Shown here: one piece after another, positions 1 to 7,020 of the stretch
Layout: each line of letters begins with the position of its first letter
Position numbering within the stretch: the first letter of the stretch is position 1
DNA from: a virus
Taxonomy: Monodnaviria > Loebvirae > Hofneiviricota > Faserviricetes > Tubulavirales > Inoviridae
IMG/VR virus record: IMGVR_UViG_2617270947_000002
Reading direction: 5' to 3' (one strand)
DNA: 8,569 nucleotides
The notes under the pieces: generated by a model
Told to the model about the DNA's origin: nothing
The model's input: only the letters and a program-made list of their open reading frames with translations
Databases searched by the model: none
Made by a program: the position numbers and the translations under genes

Positions 1-1266
1 TCAAAGCGCACGAATAATATGAGCAGTCAGCAGGACATACATAATGCGTTGCTCATTACTGTCAGCTTTACTCCTGAAAAGCCAGCCAATTACCGGAATT
101 TTGCTGATAAATGGTACAGAACGGTCAGCATTGCTGGATGATGAATCAATCAGCCCACCAAGTAAGAGCGTCTGGCCATCCTTAATCTGAACTGTTGTCT
201 GTATCTGACGCTGGTTCGTAATAATATCAGATGCCTGGTCATCGTTGCTGATGGAATCAGCGCGGGTATCAATAGTAAGTACAAGCTGGCCGTTCCCCAT
301 AACAACAGGCGTCACCTTCAGAGATACGCCAACATCATGACGTTCAATGGTCTGAAACGGATTATTTACCCCGGCAGATTCACCCGTAACTTTACCCGTG
401 ATAAACGGCACATTCTTACCTACGGAAATATAACCAGTCTGACCGGACTGAGTAAGAATGCGCGGTGTTGAAATCACCTTAGAGCGTGAATTACTCTGGA
501 CAGCACGCAGAGACAGCGCCAACACGTTACCATCAAAAATACCAAAAGAGCCGCCCACCGTAGAAAGAGCATTACCCAGCGCAGAAGTATTAAAACCCCC
601 CGCCACCTTATGGCCGGATGCAGAGCCAGCTGCAAATGACAAATCAACACCATCAGACAAACTGGTTTCAAACATGAGCGATTGAATGAGTACCTGATCA
701 CGGGCAACATCAACTGAGTTAATGAAATCGGACAGAACAGGCAGTAGCTCGTCAGGCGCAGATACAATCAGGGAGTTATTGCCGGGATAATCCACGACAT
801 TACCCCCGCCATTCGAATCCAGATAAATTTTAACCAGTTGCTGAACATCAGACGCTCGTACTTTTGTCAGCTTAAAATTTCTGACAGTGAGCGCCACAGG
901 CGCTGGCTGATAGGATGGCTCTGGCGGAAAAAAGTCATAAGACTGATTATCGGAATCATCAGGGTCTGATGCCATCTGTGACGGTAATTTTGACGGCAAA
1001 GATACTACCGCAGGATTACCAGAAAGCATGACAAATCCATTAGCATTCAGAACAGATTTGAAAAAGTCATCAATATTTGTGGGATTAACATCAGCATTAA
1101 ATACTGTTACGGAGCCTTTAACATCGGGGTCAACAATAACAGGCTTACCAGTTTTTGATGAATACCACTGGACAAATGAACGAACGGATGAATTATTAAG
1201 ATTAACAGTTTCAGCAGAAACACAAAAAGAATAAATGAATAAGATGGCAATGCAAAATAAACGCAT
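1..1266 (-). CDS. gIV: pIV secretin (outer-membrane phage export channel), 421 aa
   Basis: Start MRLFCIAILFIYSFCVSA (signal peptide) at ATG 1264-1266; stop TGA is window nt 1-3. Recalled M13 pIV matches closely (e.g. GGSFGIF, VPFITG.VTGESA.VNNPFQTIER, GQTLLLGGL, C-terminal ..RAL). The ORF-track N-terminal extension (1267-1359) overlaps gI and is rejected. Confidence 0.95.
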   Translation of the reverse strand: MRLFCIAILFIYSFCVSAETVNLNNSSVRSFVQWYSSKTGKPVIVDPDVKGSVTVFNADVNPTNIDDFFKSVLNANGFVMLSGNPAVVSLPSKLPSQMASDPDDSDNQSYDFFPPEPSYQPAPVALTVRNFKLTKVRASDVQQLVKIYLDSNGGGNVVDYPGNNSLIVSAPDELLPVLSDFINSVDVARDQVLIQSLMFETSLSDGVDLSFAAGSASGHKVAGGFNTSALGNALSTVGGSFGIFDGNVLALSLRAVQSNSRSKVISTPRILTQSGQTGYISVGKNVPFITGKVTGESAGVNNPFQTIERHDVGVSLKVTPVVMGNGQLVLTIDTRADSISNDDQASDIITNQRQIQTTVQIKDGQTLLLGGLIDSSSSNADRSVPFISKIPVIGWLFRSKADSNEQRIMYVLLTAHIIRAL

Positions 1267-1273
1267 AGTAATA

Positions 1274-1648
1274 TTACTCCTGACAGGTGACGCTTTGTAA
1301 ATAATGGCCTTTTCTGATAACAATTCGGCAGGCATCTTTAATATCAACGGAATAACCATCTTTAATTAAATCAAAATACTGGTACTTCATACCCTTAGCG
1401 TCAACAAACGTAACAGAAACATCAAAACCAAGCTGAGAGAAAGAATCAATAGAAAGTCTCGGTAAATCGCTGGTACTGTCAGGTGTTACCGCCCTCACCT
1501 GTTCAGCATGAACTGATTTAATAGCCGAAATTTCATCGGCATTCTTACCAGATTGTAGCCAGAAGCCAAGCCCAAGCCCAAAGGCCAAAAATGAAAGCAT
1601 TAATATTAATCGGTTTGATTTTCGGAAATAAATTTTCGTGAGGCGCAT
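1274..1648 (-). CDS. gXI: pXI, in-frame internal-start product of gene I (C-terminal 124 aa)
   Basis: Internal ATG (complement of cat 1646-1648) is Met241 of pI, the same position as in M13 pI as I recall it; begins MRLTKIYFRK vs M13 MKLTKIYLKK, just before the TM segment. Confidence 0.65.
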   Translation of the reverse strand: MRLTKIYFRKSNRLILMLSFLAFGLGLGFWLQSGKNADEISAIKSVHAEQVRAVTPDSTSDLPRLSIDSFSQLGFDVSVTFVDAKGMKYQYFDLIKDGYSVDIKDACRIVIRKGHYLQSVTCQE

Positions 1649-2368
1649 ATAATAATTAAGTCCTTTGTGAACAGAAAACTGGCCATGTGTAATAAATGGC
1701 GGTAAAAGCGAATAAGCACCATGCGGATAGTTATCAGTAAAAACCTGTTTTGTATTGTAGGCGGAATATAATGATTTTCCGGTGTATATCCATTTATCAA
1801 CAGTAATTGAATTAACGTTATCACCATATTTAACAATACCAAAATGTCCCTTTGGTAAAGAAAATCGCGCTCCTGAAACTAAATTCATAATAGAGCCAAT
1901 AAAAGGAATGTTTAATTTATCTGAACGGCGGCAATAAACAACATGTTCAGCAAGCGCCAGACGAGCTTGTTTATCCATTATCGAAATATCCTGAATCAAA
2001 AAAATAATATCCCAACCTAATTTACGGGCATGTAAAAACCAGTCAATAACAGGTTGTCTGTCTTTATCACCCCATGAACGGGAATTAAACCAAGTACCAC
2101 ATTCATCAAGCACTAAAAGGCCATTGCGGGATTCATCGTAAGATGTATTTCCAATACCAATAGCCAGTAAATCATTTAATGAAGGCTTATCAGGAACACG
2201 AATAACGCGCGTTTTTTTAGCATAACGCCCAACCATAGGCATATTATGCAATTTAAGGTCAAGATTAGTGGCAACAGGACAACCCTTAGCCAGTCTTTCC
2301 TGTATTCTGGAAACACTAACCAGTGTCTTGCCTGAGCCTAATTTGCCTGTTACTACATGAACCGCCAT
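1274..2368 (-). CDS. gI: pI assembly ATPase (Zot-like P-loop NTPase), 364 aa
   Basis: Starts MAVHVVTGKLGSGKTLVS (Walker A GSGKT); near-colinear with recalled M13 pI (LLVLDECGTWFN, QPVIDWFLHARKLGWDIIFL, EHVVYCRR); single TM segment near residues 254-270. Confidence 0.95.
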   Translation of the reverse strand: MAVHVVTGKLGSGKTLVSVSRIQERLAKGCPVATNLDLKLHNMPMVGRYAKKTRVIRVPDKPSLNDLLAIGIGNTSYDESRNGLLVLDECGTWFNSRSWGDKDRQPVIDWFLHARKLGWDIIFLIQDISIMDKQARLALAEHVVYCRRSDKLNIPFIGSIMNLVSGARFSLPKGHFGIVKYGDNVNSITVDKWIYTGKSLYSAYNTKQVFTDNYPHGAYSLLPPFITHGQFSVHKGLNYYMRLTKIYFRKSNRLILMLSFLAFGLGLGFWLQSGKNADEISAIKSVHAEQVRAVTPDSTSDLPRLSIDSFSQLGFDVSVTFVDAKGMKYQYFDLIKDGYSVDIKDACRIVIRKGHYLQSVTCQE

Positions 2369-2710
2369 TTAAATCACCCTGTTTGCATAATCAAGAAATT
2401 TTTGTTTTAAATCGAAAACAAAAACACTGATACGAGTAACCATAATAACGTTAACACACGCCTGAAAATGGTCAGGCAGTACAGACGCCATTAGATGTGA
2501 AAAATCAGCGGGTAACCCGATATACATGACCTCAGCAAGGTACTGCATTAAAAGCGTAACAGTTGTTGTAATTAGCGCAACCAATGCAACCGCTATTAAA
2601 CCTGTTTTGGTTGCAAGCCGAGCTAAAAAACTTGCCGCATAGCCAATAAGCAAAGGAACAAGACCAATAAGAAAACGCAACAATGCAGGAATACCTAATA
2701 ATAAAGGCAT
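2369..2710 (-). CDS. gVI: pVI minor coat protein, 113 aa
   Basis: [16 protein letters not shown].. resembles M13 pVI MPVLLGIPLLLRFLG..; hydrophobic; ends FDLKQKF like M13 FDVKQKI. Stop TAA 2369-2371 abuts the gI ATG (TAAATG); start ATG 2708-2710 overlaps the gIII stop (ATGA). The ORF-track GTG start at 2713 is rejected in favour of the ATG. Confidence 0.9.
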   Translation of the reverse strand: MPLLLGIPALLRFLIGLVPLLIGYAASFLARLATKTGLIAVALVALITTTVTLLMQYLAEVMYIGLPADFSHLMASVLPDHFQACVNVIMVTRISVFVFDLKQKFLDYANRVI

Positions 2711-3954
2711 CACTCACCACCTTTACGAAGCAATGAAGTTAAAGAAGTAAATACATACCAGAACGTAAGGCAATAAAAAACCCATGAAAGAGCATTTTTA
2801 ATAGTCAGCAATTTATCGCAGCCAATATCGATCTGATAAACCTCTCCGGGAAAAATAATAAAATCAGAACAACCATTACCATTAGGTAAATTGGGCAACA
2901 TAGCACCTTTATTTAAGAAAGCCTCCCATAACGCACCATGAGAATCCTTTGCAATTCCTAATTCAGATTCAGCTAAAGTGGAAGCGCTATCTAATTCAGA
3001 CCCTCCCTCCCCATAACGGGAATCGCCGCCAGAAGGATCAGCAAAACGTCCGGCTCCGCGAGTAAGGTTATTTATAGAGTCAACAAGACGATTTATATTA
3101 TTTTTAGTCTGTTCATCAGCCGACTTTTTATCATCAGATGAGGTATCTTTTTCTGTTAACTTATCATGAATCTCACTGGCAATTTTAGGTGAAGCACCTT
3201 CGATAGCTGACTGAATATCTCCTTTGGTAATACTTGAGCCATTACCACCGCCAGAACCGCTACTTGGGTTACCACCGCCTGTATCACCTTCCTCGGTATC
3301 ACCATCACCTGTATCCCCGCCTCCAGTATCACCGCCATCGCCAACAGGAGAAGAAGGCTTATCTGAAGGTGCGGCTACAGTTCCGGTAGGCTTCCATGTC
3401 GCAGCACAAACAGTGCTATCACTCTGGCAAACAATGACGCCAGTGGCCTCATATTCACAACCGTTATAATAAATATAACGATCACCGTCATAAGAATAGA
3501 CATTATTGAATACACCTTCTTCGGGGGGTTTAGCTTCACAAATCTCTTCAGGCGTAGGCTCGGAAGGTTTTTCATCAGGAATAGATCGTTGAATATCACC
3601 TATAATATAAGCAGTTAAAGTCCAGTATTTATCTTTCTGGCCTGGAGAGTCGCTGTAAGTACAAGCGTCAGAAAATACAAGACGGAATTCAGAGTTAGGC
3701 CACATTCCCTCATAAGTTGGTTTAACCTGATTAAAAACAACCTGAGCACTGTCTTTAGCTCCCTGACAGGCAGAAGCCTGCATGGTTGCATCAATATAAT
3801 AAACAGTTTGTTTAGTGCCATATTGGTTGGTTATTTGCTTACTTTCAGCATATGCAGAGCTTTGAAAAGTAGATTTAGTAATGCTCTCCCATGAATCAGC
3901 ATACGAAAAAGAAGAAATAAAAATAGAGAAAGTAATTAATATTTTCCTTTTCAT
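2710..3954 (-). CDS. gIII: pIII adsorption protein, 414 aa; signal peptide, N-terminal domain of unknown specificity, N1-like TolA-binding motif, Gly-rich linker, C-terminal anchor domain
   Basis: Start [19 protein letters not shown] (ATG 3952-3954) just after the gVIII terminator. [34 protein letters not shown] parallels M13 N1 DRYANYEGCLWNATGVVVCTGDETQCYGTWVPIG. Linker [25 protein letters not shown]-terminus [24 protein letters not shown] parallels M13 FVFGAGKPYEFSIDCDKI..LRNKES. Confidence 0.9.
   Translation of the reverse strand: MKRKILITFSIFISSFSYADSWESITKSTFQSSAYAESKQITNQYGTKQTVYYIDATMQASACQGAKDSAQVVFNQVKPTYEGMWPNSEFRLVFSDACTYSDSPGQKDKYWTLTAYIIGDIQRSIPDEKPSEPTPEEICEAKPPEEGVFNNVYSYDGDRYIYYNGCEYEATGVIVCQSDSTVCAATWKPTGTVAAPSDKPSSPVGDGGDTGGGDTGDGDTEEGDTGGGNPSSGSGGGNGSSITKGDIQSAIEGASPKIASEIHDKLTEKDTSSDDKKSADEQTKNNINRLVDSINNLTRGAGRFADPSGGDSRYGEGGSELDSASTLAESELGIAKDSHGALWEAFLNKGAMLPNLPNGNGCSDFIIFPGEVYQIDIGCDKLLTIKNALSWVFYCLTFWYVFTSLTSLLRKGGE
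3240..3345 (-). repeat. Imperfect short tandem repeats encoding the Gly/Asp/Thr-rich pIII linker
   Basis: Plus strand shows reiterated ggtatcacc / gtatcacc / gtatcccc units with ccgcc spacers; encodes (G)nDTG repeats on the minus strand. Confidence 0.6.
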
Positions 3955-3961
3955 AATAACC

Positions 3962-3991
3962 CAATTTAATAAAGGGGCAACAAATGCCCCT
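3962..3991 (-). terminator. Rho-independent terminator between gVIII and gIII
   Basis: Minus-strand read AGGGGCA-TTTGT-TGCCCCT followed by TTATTAAATT (7-bp GC-rich stem, U-rich tail); same position as the classic Ff terminator after gene VIII. Confidence 0.7.
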
Positions 3992-4000
3992 GAGTGAATT

Positions 4001-4243
4001 TTAAACTGCTTTGGAAGCGAATTTTTTAAAAATACGAATGGCAAGGCCAGCACCAACTACAGCAACAACGACAGGCCATACTTTACCAATAAGATCATTT
4101 GCCTGAGTCAGTAATGCATCCATTGCCTGACCTGCATAATCAGCCCCGCCTGTAGACCCATCTGCCGCAAAAGAACTCGCAGAAACAAAAAGCGCTGTTG
4201 AAGCTGCTGCAATTTTAAATTTAACAAGAGATAAAACTTTCAT
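4001..4243 (-). CDS. gVIII: pVIII major coat protein precursor, 80 aa
   Basis: [26 protein letters not shown] signal then AADGS..; C-terminus [12 protein letters not shown] resembles recalled IKe (..KKFSSKAV) and M13 (..KLFKKFTSKAS). RBS GGAG 9 nt upstream of the ATG. Confidence 0.92.
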   Translation of the reverse strand: MKVLSLVKFKIAAASTALFVSASSFAADGSTGGADYAGQAMDALLTQANDLIGKVWPVVVAVVGAGLAIRIFKKFASKAV

Positions 4244-4267
4244 ATAAATAACTCCATTAAAGTTACA

Positions 4268-4363
4268 TTACATTAATCGGTCAGAAAATGATTTAAATGA
4301 ACCGACCGCGTAGAAAAGGGCAAAACCAAAGGTATAAGCCCCGAAGAAATAAGCTATATACAT
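4268..4363 (-). CDS. gIX: pIX minor coat protein, 31 aa (hand-translated, below ORF-track size cutoff)
   Basis: ATG overlaps the gVII stop (TAATG); MYIAYFFGAYTFGFALFYAVGSFKSFSDRLM, hydrophobic; C-terminal FSDRLM parallels M13 pIX ..FTRLMETSS; correct position between gVII and gVIII. Confidence 0.6.
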   Translation of the reverse strand: MYIAYFFGAYTFGFALFYAVGSFKSFSDRLM

Positions 4364-4449
4364 TAACGAAAAACCCCCGCAGTAATTGCGCCGAGGCCAA
4401 AAGAGATAACAATGCCTGACGCTATTAATATTTGTATAACATCAGCCAT
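4363..4449 (-). CDS. gVII: pVII minor coat protein, 28 aa (hand-translated, below ORF-track size cutoff)
   Basis: ATG 4447-4449 lies 2 nt after the gV stop, with AAAGG upstream; MADVIQILIASGIVISFGLGAITAGVFR, hydrophobic; correct position and size for gVII. Confidence 0.6.
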   Translation of the reverse strand: MADVIQILIASGIVISFGLGAITAGVFR

Positions 4450-4451
4450 AT

Positions 4452-4769
4452 TTAACCTTTTATTTCAGTGATTCCACCGTCAGATGAAATATTATAAGTT
4501 ACTCCTTCTCTACCCTCCATTGACCAGACACGAACATATACAGGTATCTGGACTAACTTACCGATAAGATTATTTGCCTGATTCATTACACCGGCATTAA
4601 CAAGAGCCTGAGAAACACGAATAATAATTTGGTCTTGTTTAGTGCCGCCAAAACCATCAGGGATCTCAAGGCCAATACCAATTTCATTATAGTATCCCTG
4701 ACCGTTGACTTTATTACGCTGACGAGCACCAAGCATTTTACCTTTTACGAAAAGACCATAATTAGACAT
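4452..4769 (-). CDS. Protein in the gene-V slot, 105 aa; presumed ssDNA-binding/packaging protein by position, sequence not recognisably Ff gVp
   Basis: Strong RBS AAGGAG 6 nt before the ATG, immediately after the gII stop; sits exactly between gII and gVII. I see no similarity to the 87-aa M13 gVp as recalled. Confidence 0.7.
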   Translation of the reverse strand: MSNYGLFVKGKMLGARQRNKVNGQGYYNEIGIGLEIPDGFGGTKQDQIIIRVSQALVNAGVMNQANNLIGKLVQIPVYVRVWSMEGREGVTYNISSDGGITEIKG

Positions 4770-4780
4770 ATTACTCTCCT

Positions 4781-5095
4781 TTAATGCCAGCTACTGGCAT
4801 GTGGAATGCGGTTATAATCGAAAATTAAACCTTTCTCATAAACCCATGATGGAATTTTGGCTGGTTTAGCCTCAAGTGTTCTTACTAATGGAACAACATT
4901 ATTTGAATCAGGGGATTCACAATAAAAATTAATATCTATCCCAAAAGACAGCAATTCTTTACGATGTCGGTAGAATGTAGGTTTCGGTAACATTTCTTTC
5001 ATGTTCGCGCCCTGCTTCCACAACAAATATGTAGACTGTATTTTTCTTGGGAGATTAATTATTTTTTCATCAGTTAATATGGTATTTTGATTCAT
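4781..5095 (-). CDS. gX: pX, in-frame internal-start product of gene II (C-terminal 104 aa)
   Basis: Internal ATG (complement of cat 5093-5095) preceded by AGGGAG with a 7-nt spacer; starts MNQNTIL.. vs M13 pX MNIYDD..; size comparable to the 111-aa M13 pX. Confidence 0.7.
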   Translation of the reverse strand: MNQNTILTDEKIINLPRKIQSTYLLWKQGANMKEMLPKPTFYRHRKELLSFGIDINFYCESPDSNNVVPLVRTLEAKPAKIPSWVYEKGLIFDYNRIPHASSWH

Positions 5096-5833
5096 TTCTA
5101 TTCTCCCTGCATAGTCAGAGAATAATTTATTGGGCGTATCAATATTCCAACTATTACCAAGCGTAAGGTTCAAATCAATTAATTCAGTTGTTCTTAACGT
5201 TAATTCAATACGTAATTTATCTTTTGACCAGTCCAGTAAACCAGCGTTAACAAATTCATCAGCAATCTGGTGCCCTTTTTTACCAGATATGTGTTCATCA
5301 TATTTTGAATAAAATTTCAAACTCCAACGACGGGAGTTTTTTCCTAAGTAAACAGTGCCACCTTTACCACAGGCGCGACCGTGGCGAGTTTTCGCTTTAA
5401 ATTCTGCGGCATATAACCATGCGCGGACATTTTCTAATGTTGACAATGAATACATATAGTTGATATCAATACGCGAGATCTTAAATTGCCCTGCCATTAC
5501 CTGTCGATAGGATGAAAGATCATGAGGAATATGCAGTAATGCCAATATTCTGGCATAAGCTGTTAATACTAACCCTTGCAAATCATCGGAGCCGATAACA
5601 GAGTGACCTTGCAAAAACTTTGACGGATTGCCGTCAATATAGAGATGTGTTGCCCGACCTTCGCCATCAGATCCAACAGATCTTACTTTCATAGTGGATT
5701 CATACGAACCGCGAACGGTCAACCGTTTTAGTGTTTCCCACTCCACTGCACCGTCAGCATCAACGCTGACGACACTACCAGCCGGTAATGGTCGGTGTAT
5801 GCAAGGTAGGATCCCGGTAAACCAGTCAATCAT
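4781..5833 (-). CDS. gII: pII rolling-circle replication initiator (nickase), 350 aa
   Basis: MIDWFTGILP vs M13 MIDMLVLRLPF; PSKFLQGHSVIGSDDL vs M13 PAKVLQGHNVFGTTDL; NNVVPLVR identical to the M13 pII C-terminal motif. RBS GAGG 7 nt upstream. About 60 aa shorter than M13 pII (410 aa). Confidence 0.93.
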   Translation of the reverse strand: MIDWFTGILPCIHRPLPAGSVVSVDADGAVEWETLKRLTVRGSYESTMKVRSVGSDGEGRATHLYIDGNPSKFLQGHSVIGSDDLQGLVLTAYARILALLHIPHDLSSYRQVMAGQFKISRIDINYMYSLSTLENVRAWLYAAEFKAKTRHGRACGKGGTVYLGKNSRRWSLKFYSKYDEHISGKKGHQIADEFVNAGLLDWSKDKLRIELTLRTTELIDLNLTLGNSWNIDTPNKLFSDYAGRIEMNQNTILTDEKIINLPRKIQSTYLLWKQGANMKEMLPKPTFYRHRKELLSFGIDINFYCESPDSNNVVPLVRTLEAKPAKIPSWVYEKGLIFDYNRIPHASSWH

Positions 5834-6000
5834 GTATCGCCTCAGAGAACAATTTTGTGACCAGAAAGCCTGTCAAGAGCTTATTAGTACCAATTCAGTC
5901 ACACAAATGTACCACCCAAGATCTTACCTCTCAAGTGATTTTGTACTGGATAAGTGACATATTTGTTCTTTTGAAATGGAGCAAAAAAGTAGGATATAGA
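5834..6000. promoter_or_regulatory. Divergent intergenic control region between gII (minus) and the HTH regulator gene (plus)
   Basis: 167-bp AT-rich non-coding gap between divergent start codons; direct repeats CCTGTCAAGAG (5869-5879) and CCTCTCAAGTG (5927-5937); ATTTTGT-containing repeats at 5852-5864 and 5939-5951; -35-like TTGTAC/TTGTTC hexamers. Promoter positions not determined. Confidence 0.45.
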
Positions 6001-6453
6001 ATGAGCGACAACTTCAACAGTAATGGCTACCCGGAAGAAATGGCAGAAGACATAGACTTACAGCGGGCAGAAAGGATAAAAAAAGCGATCCTAAGCAAAT
6101 TCACATACGAAAGGATGGAAGAACTGTCAGGCATCAACATTGGCACACTGAAACGAATCGCAAACGCACAGAGGGATGCGAAAATCAGTGAGCTGGAAAA
6201 AATTGCTGAAATCACTCAGACAGACATATTTGAACTGATTTTTGGCTCCAGTAGCAGTGATATCTACGATTCCAGCAAACGCTTCTTTGAGACGAGAAGT
6301 AAAGATGCGGCTCAGGCGGCTCAATTCATCATCTACAATCTTCGTACCCTTGATGATGAGGATATCCTTTGTTTGGGGAGAGTTTCGAGTGCCTTGCAAA
6401 CAGCAACAACATCAAGAAAATGGGATGAGCTTTTCGGGAAGAAGAAAGGCTGA
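6001..6453 (+). CDS. XRE (Cro/CI)-family helix-turn-helix transcriptional regulator, 150 aa; candidate phage repressor
   Basis: RBS AGGA about 7 nt before ATG 6001; residues around 24-60 (RIKKAILSK..MEELSGINIGTLKRIANAQRDAKISELEKIAEITQTDIFELI) fit the XRE HTH pattern; divergent from the replication gene. The ORF-track upstream extension (5857-6000) is rejected. Confidence 0.8.
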   Translation: MSDNFNSNGYPEEMAEDIDLQRAERIKKAILSKFTYERMEELSGINIGTLKRIANAQRDAKISELEKIAEITQTDIFELIFGSSSSDIYDSSKRFFETRSKDAAQAAQFIIYNLRTLDDEDILCLGRVSSALQTATTSRKWDELFGKKKG

Positions 6454-6507
6454 GTCTCAGAAATGAGACAAACGTGCAGTATTACCAACACTGCACGTTC
6501 TTTATTG
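6454..6507 (+). terminator. Tandem hairpins after the regulator gene; the second is a rho-independent terminator
   Basis: GTCTCA-gaaa-TGAGAC (6454-6469), then ACGTGCAG-tattaccaaca-CTGCACGT (6472-6498) followed by TCTTTATT. Confidence 0.65.
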
Positions 6508-6541
6508 TGCGAATTTTGAACAGTAAAAAAGGATCAAAAGG

Positions 6542-6964
6542 ATGAGTAGAAATAACGAAACAAGCGGCGTTGAACTGGTTGTCGTCGGCGTATTTGCTTT
6601 CTGTCTGGCAGTTGTTGCCTGGCTAATGAAAACTTTCGATGTTGAATGGCAAACAGCACTGGAAACTGCGCCTGGCCTGATAGTCTGGCTGCTTGTTGTT
6701 GGGGCGGGGGTCTTTTTCGGGATCAAAATGGAAACAGGTCTTGTTCGCTGGGGTGCTCCACTGGCGATCGCCCTTCTGATTCCGGTATTCAAACCAATTA
6801 TTAAGGAAGCGGCCGGAGTTCGTGAAATGGGCGGATTGGTTTTCGATGATATGGTTTCGTGGTACGGAACTGGCTGGGGAATGTCTCTGATGTTCTTCGG
6901 GATTCTTATCGTCGGATACGGTCTGCTTTATTGGTGGCACAGAAGGAATTCATATTACTGGTAA
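6542..6964 (+). CDS. Small integral membrane protein, 140 aa, about 4 predicted TM helices; prophage cargo, function unknown
   Basis: AGGA-containing RBS upstream; hydrophobic stretches VELVVVGVFAFCLAVVAWLM, GLIVWLLVVGAGVFFGI, WGAPLAIALLIPVF, GMSLMFFGILIVGYGLLYWW; no motif I recognise. Confidence 0.65.
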   Translation: MSRNNETSGVELVVVGVFAFCLAVVAWLMKTFDVEWQTALETAPGLIVWLLVVGAGVFFGIKMETGLVRWGAPLAIALLIPVFKPIIKEAAGVREMGGLVFDDMVSWYGTGWGMSLMFFGILIVGYGLLYWWHRRNSYYW

Positions 6965-7020
6965 TAATATTTTACCGAATCGAGCTGATGGAAAATCGCC
7001 TTAAACAGGAGTCAATTTAA

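Noticed and set aside
474-767. 97-aa minus-strand ORF and 75-aa plus-strand ORF (458-685) inside gIV
   Set aside because: Both lie in alternative frames or antisense within the well-supported pIV secretin gene; no RBS, and low-complexity Cys/Leu-rich or Pro-rich translations typical of spurious ORFs.
1028-1234. 68-aa plus-strand ORF antisense to gIV
   Set aside because: Fully embedded antisense in the secretin gene with no start context; treated as chance ORF.
1267-1359. N-terminal extension of the gIV ORF (MVIPLILK..)
   Set aside because: The extension overlaps the gI 3' end; the conserved signal peptide begins at MRLFC (ATG 1264-1266), matching the M13 pIV N-terminus.
1606-1842. 78-aa minus-strand ORF inside gI
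   Set aside because: Alternative frame within the conserved pI gene; pXI uses the pI frame, not this one.
2532-2720. 62-aa Cys-rich minus-strand ORF overlapping gVI
   Set aside because: Out of frame with the conserved pVI; composition looks like frame noise.
3156-3821. Several 60-80-aa ORFs on both strands inside gIII (3156-3344, 3224-3469, 3375-3599, 3615-3821)
   Set aside because: All embedded in or antisense to pIII; the proline-rich 81-aa plus-strand ORF is the antisense read of the Gly-rich linker repeats.
3955-4056. Upstream extension of the gIII ORF ([13 protein letters not shown]..)
   Set aside because: It would overlap the gVIII 3' end and the VIII-III terminator; the signal peptide starts at MKRKILITF (ATG 3952-3954).
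5130-5957. Plus-strand ORFs antisense to gII (5130-5312, 5694-5957)
   Set aside because: Antisense within the conserved replication gene; no RBS.
5961-5985. GTTCTTTTGAAATGGAG, loosely resembling the Ff pII nick-site core (GTTCTTTAATAGTGGAC)
   Set aside because: Only a partial match, and it is on the plus strand, opposite to the phage gene-sense strand where the (+) origin should lie; the true origin and packaging signal are probably left of gIV, outside the window.
5857-6000. 48-codon upstream extension of the regulator ORF (MTRKPVKSLL..)
   Set aside because: It spans the divergent intergenic region and has no RBS; the ATG at 6001 has an AGGA RBS and the protein reads as a compact HTH domain from there.
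6027-6466. ORFs overlapping the HTH regulator gene (6027-6215 minus, 6127-6399 minus, 6242-6466 plus)
   Set aside because: Alternative frames or antisense within the better-supported regulator CDS; no independent signals.
6502-6940. Minus-strand ORFs 6502-6792 and 6623-6940 antisense to the membrane-protein gene
   Set aside because: The plus-strand ORF has an RBS and clean TM-helix periodicity; the antisense translations are low-complexity (Pro/Thr/Ser-rich).
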